Origin: Blastocystis sp. Blastoise
Lineage: Eukaryota; Protista; Bigyra: Opalinata
Assembly: GCA_039096225.1 (NCBI GenBank)
Contig: JBBPEB010000003.1
Span: 1,265,188 to 1,329,187, forward strand
Reading direction: 5' to 3'
Length of the DNA stretch: 64,000 bases
Shown here: piece by piece, positions 38,505 through 51,132 of the stretch
Layout: every line of letters starts with the position of its first letter
How positions within the stretch are numbered: position 1 is the stretch's first letter
Notes under the pieces: generated by a model
Seen by the model: the letters and a program-made list of their open reading frames with translations, nothing else
Told to the model about the DNA's origin: nothing
The model's database searches: none
Program-made: the position numbers and the translations under genes

Positions 38505-41500
38505 TTAGTTCTTCTTTTCTTCTTCGATTTCGACAAGAAGATCACCAGTTTCCATCTTTTCACCCTTGACAGCAAGAATTCTCTTTAAAGTACCATTACA
38601 AGGAGCAGAGACGATAGTTTCCATCTTAGCAGCCGATAAGATGACAAGAGATTGACCAGCTTTAACTTTTTGGCCAGGTTTACAAGTGATTTCAACAACA
38701 GCACCAGTCATAGGAGAACCAACAGATCCAGCTTTATCAGTAGCTTTTTCATTAACTTTAATAGTAACACCAGATTTAGTATCTTTAACAATAACAGATC
38801 TAGCTAAACCATTAAGAGTGAAATTAACTTCTCTTTCTCCTTTTTTATTAACTTCAGATAATCCTTTATAGTTAATATACATATCTTTACCATTTTCAAT
38901 AGTAACACAAGTTTCTTCACCAACAGTCATAGGTCTTAAGAAATAACGAGTAGGTATTTTAGAGACATCACCATATTGTTTTTCATAAGTCATCCAATCA
39001 TCAAAGACACGAGGATATAAGGCATAAGAGATAACATCAGTATCTTGAATACGATCCTTACCATATTTAGCTTGTAATTTAGCTTTAGTACCTTCTAAAT
39101 CATAAGGAGGCATTTCAGCACCAGGTCTACCAGTTAATCTATCTTTACCATTAGGTAATTTCTTACCTTTAATGATTTTACTTCTAACTTCTTCATTAAA
39201 ACCCCAAGGTTCAGGAATACCTAAATAACCTTGGAAATATTCAACTACAGAAGTAGGGAAGTTTAATTCATCAGCTTTAGCAAGAACATCTTGTTTAGTT
39301 AATTTATTTTGGACCATAAAGTTAGCGAAATCACCGACAACTTTAGAAGAAGGAGTAACTTTAATAATATCACCACATAAATCATTAGCATCTTCATAAG
39401 CTTTTTTAACAAGAGGCCATTGACCAGTAAGACCTAATTGTTGAGATTGATACATAAGATTCGTATATTGACCACCAGGCATTTCATGATCATAAACATC
39501 AGAAGAACCACTCTTTTGACCACATTCAAAAGGAGCATAAACACCACGAACATCACTCCAATAATCATTAATTTGAGTAAGTTTATTATGATCAATACCA
39601 GTATCTAAAGGAGTACCTCTAAGAGAAGAAACAACAGCACCCATAGAAGGTTGAGAAGTCATACCAGACATAGAATCAATAGCTACATCAACAGCATCAG
39701 CACCAGCTTCACCACAAGCAATCATAGAAGTAACACCAGTACCAGCAGTATCATGAGTATGAATATGAATAGGTAAATTAGGATATTCTTTACGAATACT
39801 ACTAACTAATAATCTAGCAGATTGAGGAGTTAATAAACCAGCCATATCTTTAATAGCTAAAACATGAATACCTAAATCAACTAATTTTCTAGTAGTTTCA
39901 AGATAATAATCAATAGTATATTTCTTTTCATTAGGATTAGCACAATCACCAGTATAACAAAGAGTAGCTTCAATAATACCACCAGCAGAACCAACACAAT
40001 CAATACCTAATCTCATATTTTCAATATAATTCAAAGAATCAAAGACTCTGAAAACATCCATACCAGTCTTAACAGCTAAATCACAGAATTTATAATTAAC
40101 ATTATCAGGATAAGCAGAATAACCAACAGCATTAGCACCTCTTAATAACATTTGGAAAGGAATATTAGGAACTTGTTCTCTCATAAGAGCTAATCTTTCC
40201 CAAGGATCTTCATGTAAGAATCTCATAGCTACATCAAAAGTAGCACCTCCCCAACATTCTAAAGAATATAAATTATTAAAAGCATGAGCAGTATAAGGAG
40301 CAATAGCTAAGATATCTCTAGTTCTCATTCTAGTAGCAAGTAAAGATTGATGAGCATCTCTCCATGTAGTATCAGTTAATAATAATCCTTTATGATCACG
40401 AACAGCTTTAGCAAAAGCTTTAGGACCTTGTTCTTTATAAATTTGTCTAAAACCAGTAGGCATAGGTTCATTAGGAGTAGCAGGAACTAAAGGTTCAGTC
40501 TTAGCAGGAGCAGGACCAGTAGCACCTAATTCAGAAGGATGACCATTAACAATTAAATTACCTAAATATTGAAGAGTTTTTTGACCTCGGTTCTTACTAG
40601 GACGAGGATCTAATAAATCAGGATTTTGAGCAATGAAGAAAGTAGTAGCTTTACCTTCTAAATATTGTTCTTTTTCTAAAAGATTTAATAAGAAAGGAAC
40701 ATTAGTATTAACACCACGAACTCTATATTCAGTAAGAGCACGATGAAGTTTATTAACAGCATCTTGATAAGTAGCACCTCTACAAGTTAATTTAACAAGT
40801 AAAGAATCATAATGAGGAGTAATTTCTAAACCTTGATAACCAACACCATCTAAACGTACACCTTGACCAGTAGCTTCACGATAAGCAGTAATAACACCAG
40901 TATCAGGTTGGAAATTATTAGAAGGATTTTCTGTAGTAATACGAGCTTGAATAGCATAACCACGAGTTTTAATCTTATCTTGAGTAAGACCTAAATCATT
41001 AAGAGTATAACCAGCAGCTATCTTTAATTGAGTTTGAACAATATCAATACCAGTAACTTCTTCAGTAACAGTATGTTCTACTTGAACACGAGGATTAACT
41101 TCCATAAAATAGAATCTACCTTGTTTATCAACAAGGAATTCTACAGTACCAGCATTACGATATTTAAGTGTTTTACAAAGATAAACAGCAGCATCAGCGA
41201 TCTTATCACGAAGTTGAGGATCTAAATGATAAGCAGGAGCATTTTCAATAACTTTTTGATGTCTTCTTTGAACAGAACAATCACGTTCAAATAAATGAAT
41301 AACGTTACCAGTACCATCACCAAGAACTTGAATTTCAATATGTCTAGGTTCAGCAACATATCTTTCAATGAAAACAGTACCATTACCAAAAGCAGCTAAA
41401 GCTTCACGACTAGCTAAACTGAAATTATCCTTAAGATCTTCCATCTTATTAACAACTCTCATACCTTTACCACCACCACCAAAAGCAGCTTTAATAATAA

Positions 41501-42035
41501 TAGGGAAACCAATCTTATCACAAATCTTTTTAGCTTCTTCATAAGTACCAATAGGACCAGGAGTACCAGGAACAACAGGAATATTATGTTTAATAGCATG
41601 TTCACGAGCAGTAGTCTTATCAGCAAACATTCTTAGATTATCAACAGTAGGACCAACGAAAGTCATTCCAGCTTTTTCAACAGCATCAGCAAAAGTAGCA
41701 TTTTCAGAAAGGAAACCATAACCAGGATGGACAGCAGATACACCATTCTCCTTAGCGATCTTTACAATATAATTAATATCTAAATATTGAGCAATAGGAC
41801 TCTTCTTACGATCAAGAAGGAAAGATTGATCAGCTTTAGTACGATGTAAACCGAAACGATCTTCATAAGAATAAATACCAACAGTAGGAATACCTAATTC
41901 TTGAGAAGCTCTCATAATACGTAAAGCAATTTCACCACGATTAGCAGCCATTACCTTCTTAAAAGGTAACTTAACTGAAGTAGCCATAGCACGAGTGAAA
42001 GCAGATTGTTTGAATATTTGAACAGAGGATAACAT
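38505..42035 (-). CDS. PC: Pyruvate carboxylase (BC-CT-BCCP single chain), intronless, with N-terminal organelle-targeting presequence
   Basis: ANRGEIA, HPGYGFLSEN, GGGGKGMR, RDCSVQRRHQKV, EVNPRVQVEH, DTTWRDAHQSL, HTHDTAG, EMPGGQYTNL, KVTPSSKVVGD; biotin Lys in SAAKME. Probable start Met at 42035 (MLSSVQIFKQSAFTRAM). Confidence 0.98.
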   Translation of the reverse strand: MLSSVQIFKQSAFTRAMATSVKLPFKKVMAANRGEIALRIMRASQELGIPTVGIYSYEDRFGLHRTKADQSFLLDRKKSPIAQYLDINYIVKIAKENGVSAVHPGYGFLSENATFADAVEKAGMTFVGPTVDNLRMFADKTTAREHAIKHNIPVVPGTPGPIGTYEEAKKICDKIGFPIIIKAAFGGGGKGMRVVNKMEDLKDNFSLASREALAAFGNGTVFIERYVAEPRHIEIQVLGDGTGNVIHLFERDCSVQRRHQKVIENAPAYHLDPQLRDKIADAAVYLCKTLKYRNAGTVEFLVDKQGRFYFMEVNPRVQVEHTVTEEVTGIDIVQTQLKIAAGYTLNDLGLTQDKIKTRGYAIQARITTENPSNNFQPDTGVITAYREATGQGVRLDGVGYQGLEITPHYDSLLVKLTCRGATYQDAVNKLHRALTEYRVRGVNTNVPFLLNLLEKEQYLEGKATTFFIAQNPDLLDPRPSKNRGQKTLQYLGNLIVNGHPSELGATGPAPAKTEPLVPATPNEPMPTGFRQIYKEQGPKAFAKAVRDHKGLLLTDTTWRDAHQSLLATRMRTRDILAIAPYTAHAFNNLYSLECWGGATFDVAMRFLHEDPWERLALMREQVPNIPFQMLLRGANAVGYSAYPDNVNYKFCDLAVKTGMDVFRVFDSLNYIENMRLGIDCVGSAGGIIEATLCYTGDCANPNEKKYTIDYYLETTRKLVDLGIHVLAIKDMAGLLTPQSARLLVSSIRKEYPNLPIHIHTHDTAGTGVTSMIACGEAGADAVDVAIDSMSGMTSQPSMGAVVSSLRGTPLDTGIDHNKLTQINDYWSDVRGVYAPFECGQKSGSSDVYDHEMPGGQYTNLMYQSQQLGLTGQWPLVKKAYEDANDLCGDIIKVTPSSKVVGDFANFMVQNKLTKQDVLAKADELNFPTSVVEYFQGYLGIPEPWGFNEEVRSKIIKGKKLPNGKDRLTGRPGAEMPPYDLEGTKAKLQAKYGKDRIQDTDVISYALYPRVFDDWMTYEKQYGDVSKIPTRYFLRPMTVGEETCVTIENGKDMYINYKGLSEVNKKGEREVNFTLNGLARSVIVKDTKSGVTIKVNEKATDKAGSVGSPMTGAVVEITCKPGQKVKAGQSLVILSAAKMETIVSAPCNGTLKRILAVKGEKMETGDLLVEIEEEKKN

Positions 42036-43770
42036 GATGAATTGTATCAGTTGTTCAATAAAAAAAAATAATAATGAAGAATATTTCAAGTATAAAAAAC
42101 AATTCGTTCAGCATTATTTGGACATGAATGGTTTAAAGGGTCGGAGAAGTTTTGGTGATTCAAGGGATTTTTGGGTAACAATTATTGGAACACCAGAATT
42201 AGCCATTCATTTCTTCCCAATAGTAAAAAATGCTCTGTTGACAATAGGATGTGTCATGGATGACAGTTGCTTTGATAGAGGTTTGTGTACCCATATGATT
42301 AGGTACATATGTTATCAAATGAACGATATTTTATTATAAAAATCCTTTTTTTTATTGGGAATTTGAAGTTTTGCCATCAATGTAGAGATCTGTCTTTTCT
42401 CGTTTTTCATGGTAATTTAAAAAATAAAATTGTTGGAAGAAAGAGACTTTTTAAATTTTTTGAGCTATTGTATTTTTTATCTTTCTTATTCTTGGTTGTA
42501 ATGATGCAATGACAGCTTTAATAGATTGTAGATGATTTGAACATGGGATCTAAAGTTGTCTGAATCTTTTAAAGTATTAAAGGAGGCTTTTATAAACGAT
42601 TATAATTTTTTATTTTTTATTTTTTTTGAATATAGAATTAGTTTATGGTAAACATCATTTTGAATCAATGAATATCGTTATTTCTGATAAATTTAATACT
42701 ATAGACAAACCGCGATAGTCATTGGTATCGTTTATTTTTCATCGATTATTGGATTCAAAGTATCTTTGAAAGGTTGGTAATGCAGTACAGTGTGTATTCT
42801 AAAGAATAGAAATGATTCTTGTCATAGTTATGTTTTTTTGTTATAAAATGAAAGTGAAGCGATTGATCTGACATGCCTATTTTATGTTGTTAGATACACC
42901 ATGAATGTAATTAAAACAATAAGAGTGAATGTTGATGATTTCTGAGTAAAATGGTTGTGTTTTATGATGTAAAAACTTTGTTCATTGAATAGCATATGTT
43001 TGAGGTCCGTTTTCTATATTTTTTCTTTAACAAGAACCAATTACAGTTGTCTACCACCAAAAAATGAATCCTCAAAAAGAAATATTCGTTTATTTATTCC
43101 ATTTATATTGTGGAATTTAAAGAGAATTTTAAAAAAGGGAATAATACAGAGAAATATAGAATATGTTTGGTATCAAAAATCTAAGAATTATTTTTTGTAA
43201 TTTATAGAATAATTATTTTATAAATAGAATGGAATATAATAAATAAAAAATATTTTTTTGTGATCTTCATTCTCTAAATATTTTCTTAGAAGTCAAATTG
43301 TTTTATATGTAAAGAAAGTTGAGATAGAATGTACACTCATTATCGTTAGTATTTATTTTATTCATCTATCTGTGGTGTTCGGATATTATGTGAAATACAA
43401 AAGCATAGGAGAATGATTATTCTCGATATTGATAATTCGTATTCTTTAGAAAACTTGATTATTTTCATGATGATTTCATGTTCAACGGTTTTTTTATGAA
43501 TAGATAACGAAATTAAATATATATTTAAAGTTAAAAAATATCATTTAAAAAAGTAAGAAATGGAGTATGAAGAATAAACTCATTTTAATTTCTCGTTCAC
43601 ACAGTTGATTCTATAAACATGATGAAAATATATATAAAGAAAAATTCGTTGAACAAGTTTTAAGAATAGATCTTCTTTTTCAAAAAAGCAAAAAACAAAA
43701 AAAAATGATAAACAGTCAAAAATTCATGGTTATCTTCCATTTGTGACTGGGATTTTTATTTTTTTAAGAA

Positions 43771-46700
43771 ATGATTGATGAGAAGGATATTGATAAAAGT
43801 TTTTATATAAATTAAAGATCAATGGAAGCTCAAATTCGTGGAATTACATCAATCCTGTTGACTTCAACGAAAGATAAGAAAACCTATGTTCATGGATTAA
43901 AACAGTTAATTGAGGTTGATACAGCAGGTATGTTTTTGCTTCTTTATGAATAACGAATATATGTGAATTGCTTGAATAGATGTGACTGATGAAAAAATAG
44001 CTAATATTCAAATAGCAGAAGTAGTTAAAGATGCTCTTGATAATTATTCTGATGATTCCGTTGTGAATCAGTTGTCAGGTGGTGTTGTTATTCGTTATGT
44101 GAAATATGGTATGTTTATCGCGATGATTTATAATAATTATTATATATGAAATAGTAATGATTCGTTTATTTTTTATGATTTTTATTGTTAATTTGTAATT
44201 TAAATAATTATTTATAGATTCCGTTGCTAAGAAGGCTCATGACTATTACATATTAGATAAATTAATCTCTGTTTTCCCTACACTTGAACAAGAAAATGCT
44301 GCTACTTCTGTTTTAAGTGCTATTGCTCTTCTCTCGTTAACTAGTATATAAAAGATATTATACTATTTATATTCTTTTATTATTATTTGATAAAAATAAT
44401 TTTTAATCGAGTTTATTTGTTTTATATATTATGATAATTATAAAGAATATTTTTCTTTTTATATATTATAATTATCGTTGAAGTCTTTTATTATGTATAT
44501 ATATATAGAATATGATAAAGATCATGCGTGTACAGAGGAATCGCTCGCTTTTCTCCAATCAATTATCTCCAAATGGTATGCGTCAGAAAAAGTCCTTCAA
44601 CAATTCGTTATACTTGTCATGGCACATTTATCAAATAGTATATATATATATATTTATTATGAATTTATCTATATATGTTTTTTAAATTCATTATATTTAA
44701 GAGTATTATTATGTTTTTTGGTTGTTAATATATATATATAGCATGTACTCACTCTGGATTTATTAAAACAGCTCTTTATGATGATATATATAAGTCAATT
44801 TCTAAATTTATAAATAATGATAAATTATTTATTGGATTTGTCTCCTGTGCTACTTCTCTTACTGAATCTGGTATATATTATTATATATTATTATATATTA
44901 TTATTATATATTATTATATATTATTATATATTATGATTATTATTATTATTATTATTATTATGATTATTATATATTATTATATATTATTATATATTATTAT
45001 ATATTATTATATATTATTATATATTATTATAGATATTGGTCGTTTGTTCCTTATTCAAAAGAAATGTGTTTCTGTGTTATCATTTATTTTGAATCAATTT
45101 ATTGGTAATAAAGATATAGCGTTAGAAGCAAATAAAATCATATTTAAACTTAATTTAGATCGTATATATATGATTATTATTATGGTTATGATTATTAGGA
45201 TATGATTATTATAATTATATTATTATTATTATTATTATTATTATGATTATTATTATTATTATTATTATTATGATTATTATGATTATTATGATTATGATTA
45301 TATACTCTATACATTTATATTTTTCTGTAGCTGCAACTCGTGAAGGTAGCATTCGTGACGGTGCTATTAAAGTTATTGGTCAGACTATTATGGGATGCTT
45401 ACAACAAAATGACTTATTAGGTGTAGCTACACAAACACTTCGTAGTCTAGCTAGTGTAGGAAGTACATATATATTATATATTATATATATATATTTATTA
45501 TACTTTAAATTTTTTATTTTTTATATATTTATTATACTTTAAATTTTTTATTTTATTTATATTTATTATACATTAAATATTTTATTTTTTCTATATATAT
45601 AGAGTTAGTAGTAGATTATATGATATCTGATAATACTGTTGCTATTCTTGTTATGTGTATGCTTGCCTATCCAGCCGAGAATCTGATGATTCAGCACGGA
45701 CTGAGAATACTTGAATTATTATTAATCCATGGTATGTAGAAAATAATATATATAATAATAATATATATAATAATCATAATATATATATAATAATATATAT
45801 ATATATAATAATTAAATATATAATAATAATATATATAAAAATTATTATATAGGTGCCCCTCAGACTGTTGTCAAGTTAGTTATAGATGAAGGTATATATA
45901 AAGTATTCGCCGAAGTTCTAAAGAACAATGAGAATGCTGAACCTCTTTGTAAAACATGCATTTTATTATGTCAACTAGAATCTATGAAAGGTATATTTTT
46001 ATAAGAATATTTGAATAGAAGTAGGTTTATTATTTTAATAATATTTTTTTTGTTTTCTATTATATTTCAATATAAATATATATATATATATATATATAGT
46101 ATATCCTTCTCTAATTCAAGATAATTATATGTCTAATGAACTCTATTCTATTTGTGTTTCGTTATATTCAAAATTCAGTAAAAACGATATAGTTCTTATA
46201 TATATATCCAAATTCTGTTCATCTCTTGCTTCTAATAGTATATTTATATGATTATATTTATATGATTATGTTTATATTATATTATATATTTATATGATTA
46301 TGTTTATATTTATATATATCTTTATTCTATTTACCTTTACTAAAAAGTATCCTATTATAAAATAAATATAGAAAACACATATCCTATTCTTCTTCAATAT
46401 GACATTATTCCCGCGGTTCTCGGTATTATGTCTTCGTATCCTCATACCGATAAATGTTACGCTGCCGCCTCAAATCTTCTATGGAAATTAGCTGTTGATA
46501 GTATATATATATAAAGAAGAATATTTGTAATATATGTTGTTATTTCTATTTACTATTATAACTTTATATATAGAGAATGCTAGAACTAAGATTATAGAAC
46601 AGAATGGTATTCAACATATATTAAAGTTAACACAACAATATTTAAATTATAAACCAGTTCAACTAGCTTGTCTTGGTACATTAAATCTATTAGCAGAAAA

Positions 46701-47461
46701 CAGTATATATATATTATATTATTTATTTAACTCATTTTTTTATTAAATATATTATATATATATATAATGTATTATTTATTTAACTCATTTTTTATTAAAT
46801 ATATTATATATATGTTATATTATTTATTTAACTCTTTTTTTATTAAATATATTATATATGTTATATTATTTATTTAACTCATTTTTTTATTAAATATATA
46901 TATGTTATATTATTTATTTAACTCATTTTTTTATTAAATATATTATATATATGTATATATATAGATCGTGAGGTATGCCAGAGTATACGTAAAGTTCTTG
47001 GTTTACAAGTAATATTTAGTAGTATGGAAAGAGGCTTAAAAGATGTTGAAATTAATTTACAAACAGCATCTATTATTACTTATATGGCTGCATTAGATGA
47101 GCAATGTAAAGAAACTTTACTTCATAAGAATATTATACCTTTATATATGAAAATATTATCTGTAAATCCTACAAATCCTGCACTTACGTATTCAGTGGTT
47201 TCTTCACTTCTTGTTCTATCTTATGAACGTATATATATAATATATAATATATATTATAATATAATATATACTATATAATATATAATATATACTATATACT
47301 ATATATATATATAATATATAGCTGCTGGATTAGAACAGTTACAATCTGATCCTGAATATTTATATACACTTGAAGATGTTCGTGATTCTCTTCCTAGAGA
47401 TTCTGTTAACCTTCCTGTCCAATCACTTATTCATAGAATTAATGCAACCAATAATTTCTAA
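43771..47461 (+). CDS. Armadillo/HEAT-repeat helical protein, about 14 exons
   Basis: Spliced segments ENARTKIIEQNGIQHILKLTQQYLNYKPVQLACLGTLNLLAEN, IIPAVLGIMSSYPHTDKCYAAASNLLWKLA and GAIKVIGQTIMGCLQQNDLLGVATQTLRSLA are ARM-like. Confidence 0.75.
46705..46945. repeat. Intronic ~45-bp minisatellite (TTATTTATTTAACTCATTTTTTATTAAATATATTATATATG), about 5 copies
   Basis: Direct reading within an intron of the ARM gene. Confidence 0.75.
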
Positions 47462-48993
47462 ACTTCATATATATATAATAATATCACGATCATACTATAA
47501 GACAAAATCTCTTTTCTTTTCTATCATTATATATATGTATATATCCTATATAGTTCTGTATTCTTTTATATATATCTATTAACAATTCTATTGTAGTCTA
47601 TAAACTATTTTGTTTAGCAATTCATTTATACATAATTCATTTTAGTTTTGTTTTCTAATTTGTAAAATACAGTCAATAAAATTATATTTATTCATACATA
47701 TATTGTTATTAAAGAATTATTGAATGCTTTAAAATTGAAAGAGATATTTATGTTTTATTCAAATTATGTTAAAGATGCTTATTAATATGTTTTATTGTAT
47801 TTATACTTAGTATAGTTCTTCCCAAAAAAACTTTTTGTTCTTCTCCATCAATTGTTTCAAAAGTAATAATACTGTTTCTATTTAATAGATATATCTTTTC
47901 ATTATATAGTATTTTTCTATATATTAAGTCAAGTTAAAATTCTATGTCAAATATATCACAACAAGTGTTCTACAATTCTGGGCAATTATTTTTAATTAGT
48001 TAATATGTTTATGTAAATATATAATAAGTTTATTTAATATAGTTAAAAAAAAATTATTTTTTTATTCAGGCTTTCTATTATCATAAAAACAATTATATAT
48101 AAATGATGTTGATTATTATATTGAAGACAATCTAGCTATTTGAAAATCTATTTCATAATATAATATATACTATTCATATTTTAAAATAAAACTGATAATT
48201 ATTTTGGTTTTGATATAATGAATATAGTTTATTTGATAATATTTCAGGCTTGTTATAAACATTTTTTTCATATAAACTGTAATCAATTCTATTATCTACT
48301 TTTTTTACTTTTATTATTCTATATTTAAAGACATCAAATAAATAATAATTTTAAAAAATATTTTTTTTTATATAAATATAAATACTTACCCTATATAGAA
48401 TAAAGAAGAGGTAAACAAGGATCAATTGATTATTATGGTTAAAGACTTGAAATTCTTGATTACGATAATAAAGTATGTTACTTTGTATTATATCAATAAA
48501 AATACTTTATGTTATTAAAAAATATAATAATATTACTCCTAATGACAACAGAGTTGCTCCTAGAAATCATATATAATTTCCTGAATATTGAAACTATAGA
48601 ATATCATCACATACAAGTTATTTAGAAGAAACTTTTGTTTTTAAACAATGATAGATTGAATACACACTTTAATAAATTTCTTAAGACTTTAAAAATGCTA
48701 AATCAAATTAAAATATATTCATAATGAATTGTCTTACAACATTTTAACAATAATTATTCAAATCATTTATTCTATTATTACCAAAGTTATTTAAACATAT
48801 AGTATAACATCGTATCAATCAGAAAACACTAATATTTATGATTTTTATATAACTTAAAAAGAGAAATAAAGAAAACAAAATATTCATTAAAAAACAAGGA
48901 AAAATGACAATTATTCATTGAAGGAAACGGATTTTCCATGAAAAAAGTTTATGATATAATGAAATTATTTTTTTTTAATTCCTTAAACAAAAG

Positions 48994-50676
48994 ATGGTGA
49001 ATAGTAACGTGCCATTTGATGTCGATCGACTAAAACAATTGAATGATGATATCACTGTATACGAAGAATTCTTGAAAGATGTTATTTATGTGTTCTCATC
49101 GGTATTAAATCTTGGTATCCATTCAGGAAACGTGATAAATAGACTTACAAGACATATTGGAAATGATTCTACTGAGAATGGATATGATAATTACTCGACA
49201 TGTACTAGTTTATTTTCTGAAAAGAAGAATGAGGAAATAAAAAATGTTGGTATGGATTTATGTGATGCTGATGATGATAATAGCATAGATCTGATACGTT
49301 TTACAAATAGTGGTCCCGTTTTTCAGATTTCAAAGTCTATTTTAGATTCCGTGAAAGGTTCATTTATTGATGAACAACGATGTGAAGAGTGTCGAACTAA
49401 TGATGGTACTATATTTCTTAATTATGAAGGAAATGATGCTTATACATATTACTTATTGGATCATTTGAATGGAAAGAATATTGATATTTCTTCATTTTCG
49501 TATGAAGAACAATTAGAATTATTGAGTTTATTTGAATTTTGTGAATTAGCTATTCCAATAGAATTAATGGATTGTAGAGAGCGAAGAGATACGAAGATGA
49601 AGAAATATGAAAATGGTAATGATGTTGATTTGTTTTTGAATGGAAATAAGAATGATTCTATAAAAGATTATTTAATTAAAAATGAATTATGGAATGATTA
49701 TATAATGAAATATAATAATGGATTTATTGATTATAATCATATAAAAGATAGTTTATTTATAAATAGAGAATATGAGTATATTGAGTATATCGATAAATAT
49801 ATAGAAACTGGTTCTGTTGAAATTAAAGCTGAAGATATTTATAGTATGAATAGAGAATTATTAGAAAGTGAAATGTATGAATTATTTGGTGATCAAGGAA
49901 GAGAAGCAGTTGAAAAAGGAATGAATGGAATACCATCTGTATTTGTAAATTCAAAAATAATTGAGAAAAAATGTTTTGAAATACCTTTAGTGAATTGGCT
50001 TGGTCAAGAAAAGAAATGGAAATTATTATTTAGGTATATATATATATTTATTATAATTATTATTTTATTATAATTATTATTTTATTATAATTATTAATAA
50101 TAATTCTATATAGAGCGAGTAAACATAATTATTCTGTAAGAGAATTTCATAGATATTGTGATAATAAAGGAGAAACAGTAACTATCATTAAGCATATAGG
50201 TCATGATAATCATGTGAATATATTTGGAGGATATACAGATCAAGATTGGAATAGTTCTTATCGTATATATATATTTTTTTATAATATACTATACTATTAT
50301 CAATATATAAATAAATAAAAATAAATAAATTATAAGCTTATCTAATATATTGAATATAGAATGGAAACCTTATTCTAAAGAATTTCTATTTACATTAAGT
50401 AATGAACATGGTATTCCTCCTACTCAATATAATTATACAAATACTAATAAAAGTAATGCTATATTATGTTATTCTTCTTATGGTCCTACTTTTGGACGTA
50501 ATAATGATATATTTATATCTGATGATTGTCATAATAATGCTAATTCATGGTGTAGTGCTGAAACTTATGCTGAAATGAATAATCCTAAAAAATCATCATT
50601 ATTTGTAAATACTAATAATTATAATACTAGAAATAAATTTAAAGTTGAAGATTATGAAGTTTGGGGAAGAGCATAA
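48994..50676 (+). CDS. TLDc-domain protein with BTB-like N-terminal region, 3 exons
   Basis: Exons 48994-50033, 50114-50262 and 50360-50676. KKWKLLFRASKH..EFHRYCDNKGETVTIIK..NIFGGYT..FLFTLSN..YGPTFG..DIFISD..FKVEDYEVW is TLDc. Confidence 0.88.
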
Positions 50677-51132
50677 TTATACTAATAATTGTTTTTGTAT
50701 ATTTATTTTTATATGTTAATTGTTTTATATTTATTTTTTTATGTTAATCGTTATTTTATATTTATTTTTTTATGTTAATCGTTGTTTTATATGTTTTATA
50801 CTTATAAATAAAAAAATATATATTCATTTTTCCTCTTTTAAATACTTGATAATAGTAATTGCTTTGTGTTATACTTTTTATAATTATTCTCAATTCTATG
50901 AGTTTAAATAGACTTGAAATTATTAGAGAAAAATTACTGTTAACTAATACAATCACTTAATGAAATCAATAGTATTACACTGGTAGGCACGTTTTTCGCG
51001 TTAGATATATTTTTGGGTCACGTTAGATAACGAAAACACACCAAAGCGTTCTCGCCTTTTTTTTAGACATACTTTTAAAATTTAGACAGACTTCTGGTTT
51101 TTTAAGAAAGGATAAAATTTGAAAAATTAGAA

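Noticed and set aside
42036-43770. Short ORFs upstream of pyruvate carboxylase, and the 18-aa N-terminal extension to 42089
   Set aside because: No homology cues or codon bias; the extension begins at a non-ATG codon, so the Met at 42035 is preferred.
50978-51060. CACTGGTAG motif and CG-rich patch resembling a CACTA terminus
   Set aside because: No matching inverted end or TSD found in the window; more likely promoter sequence.
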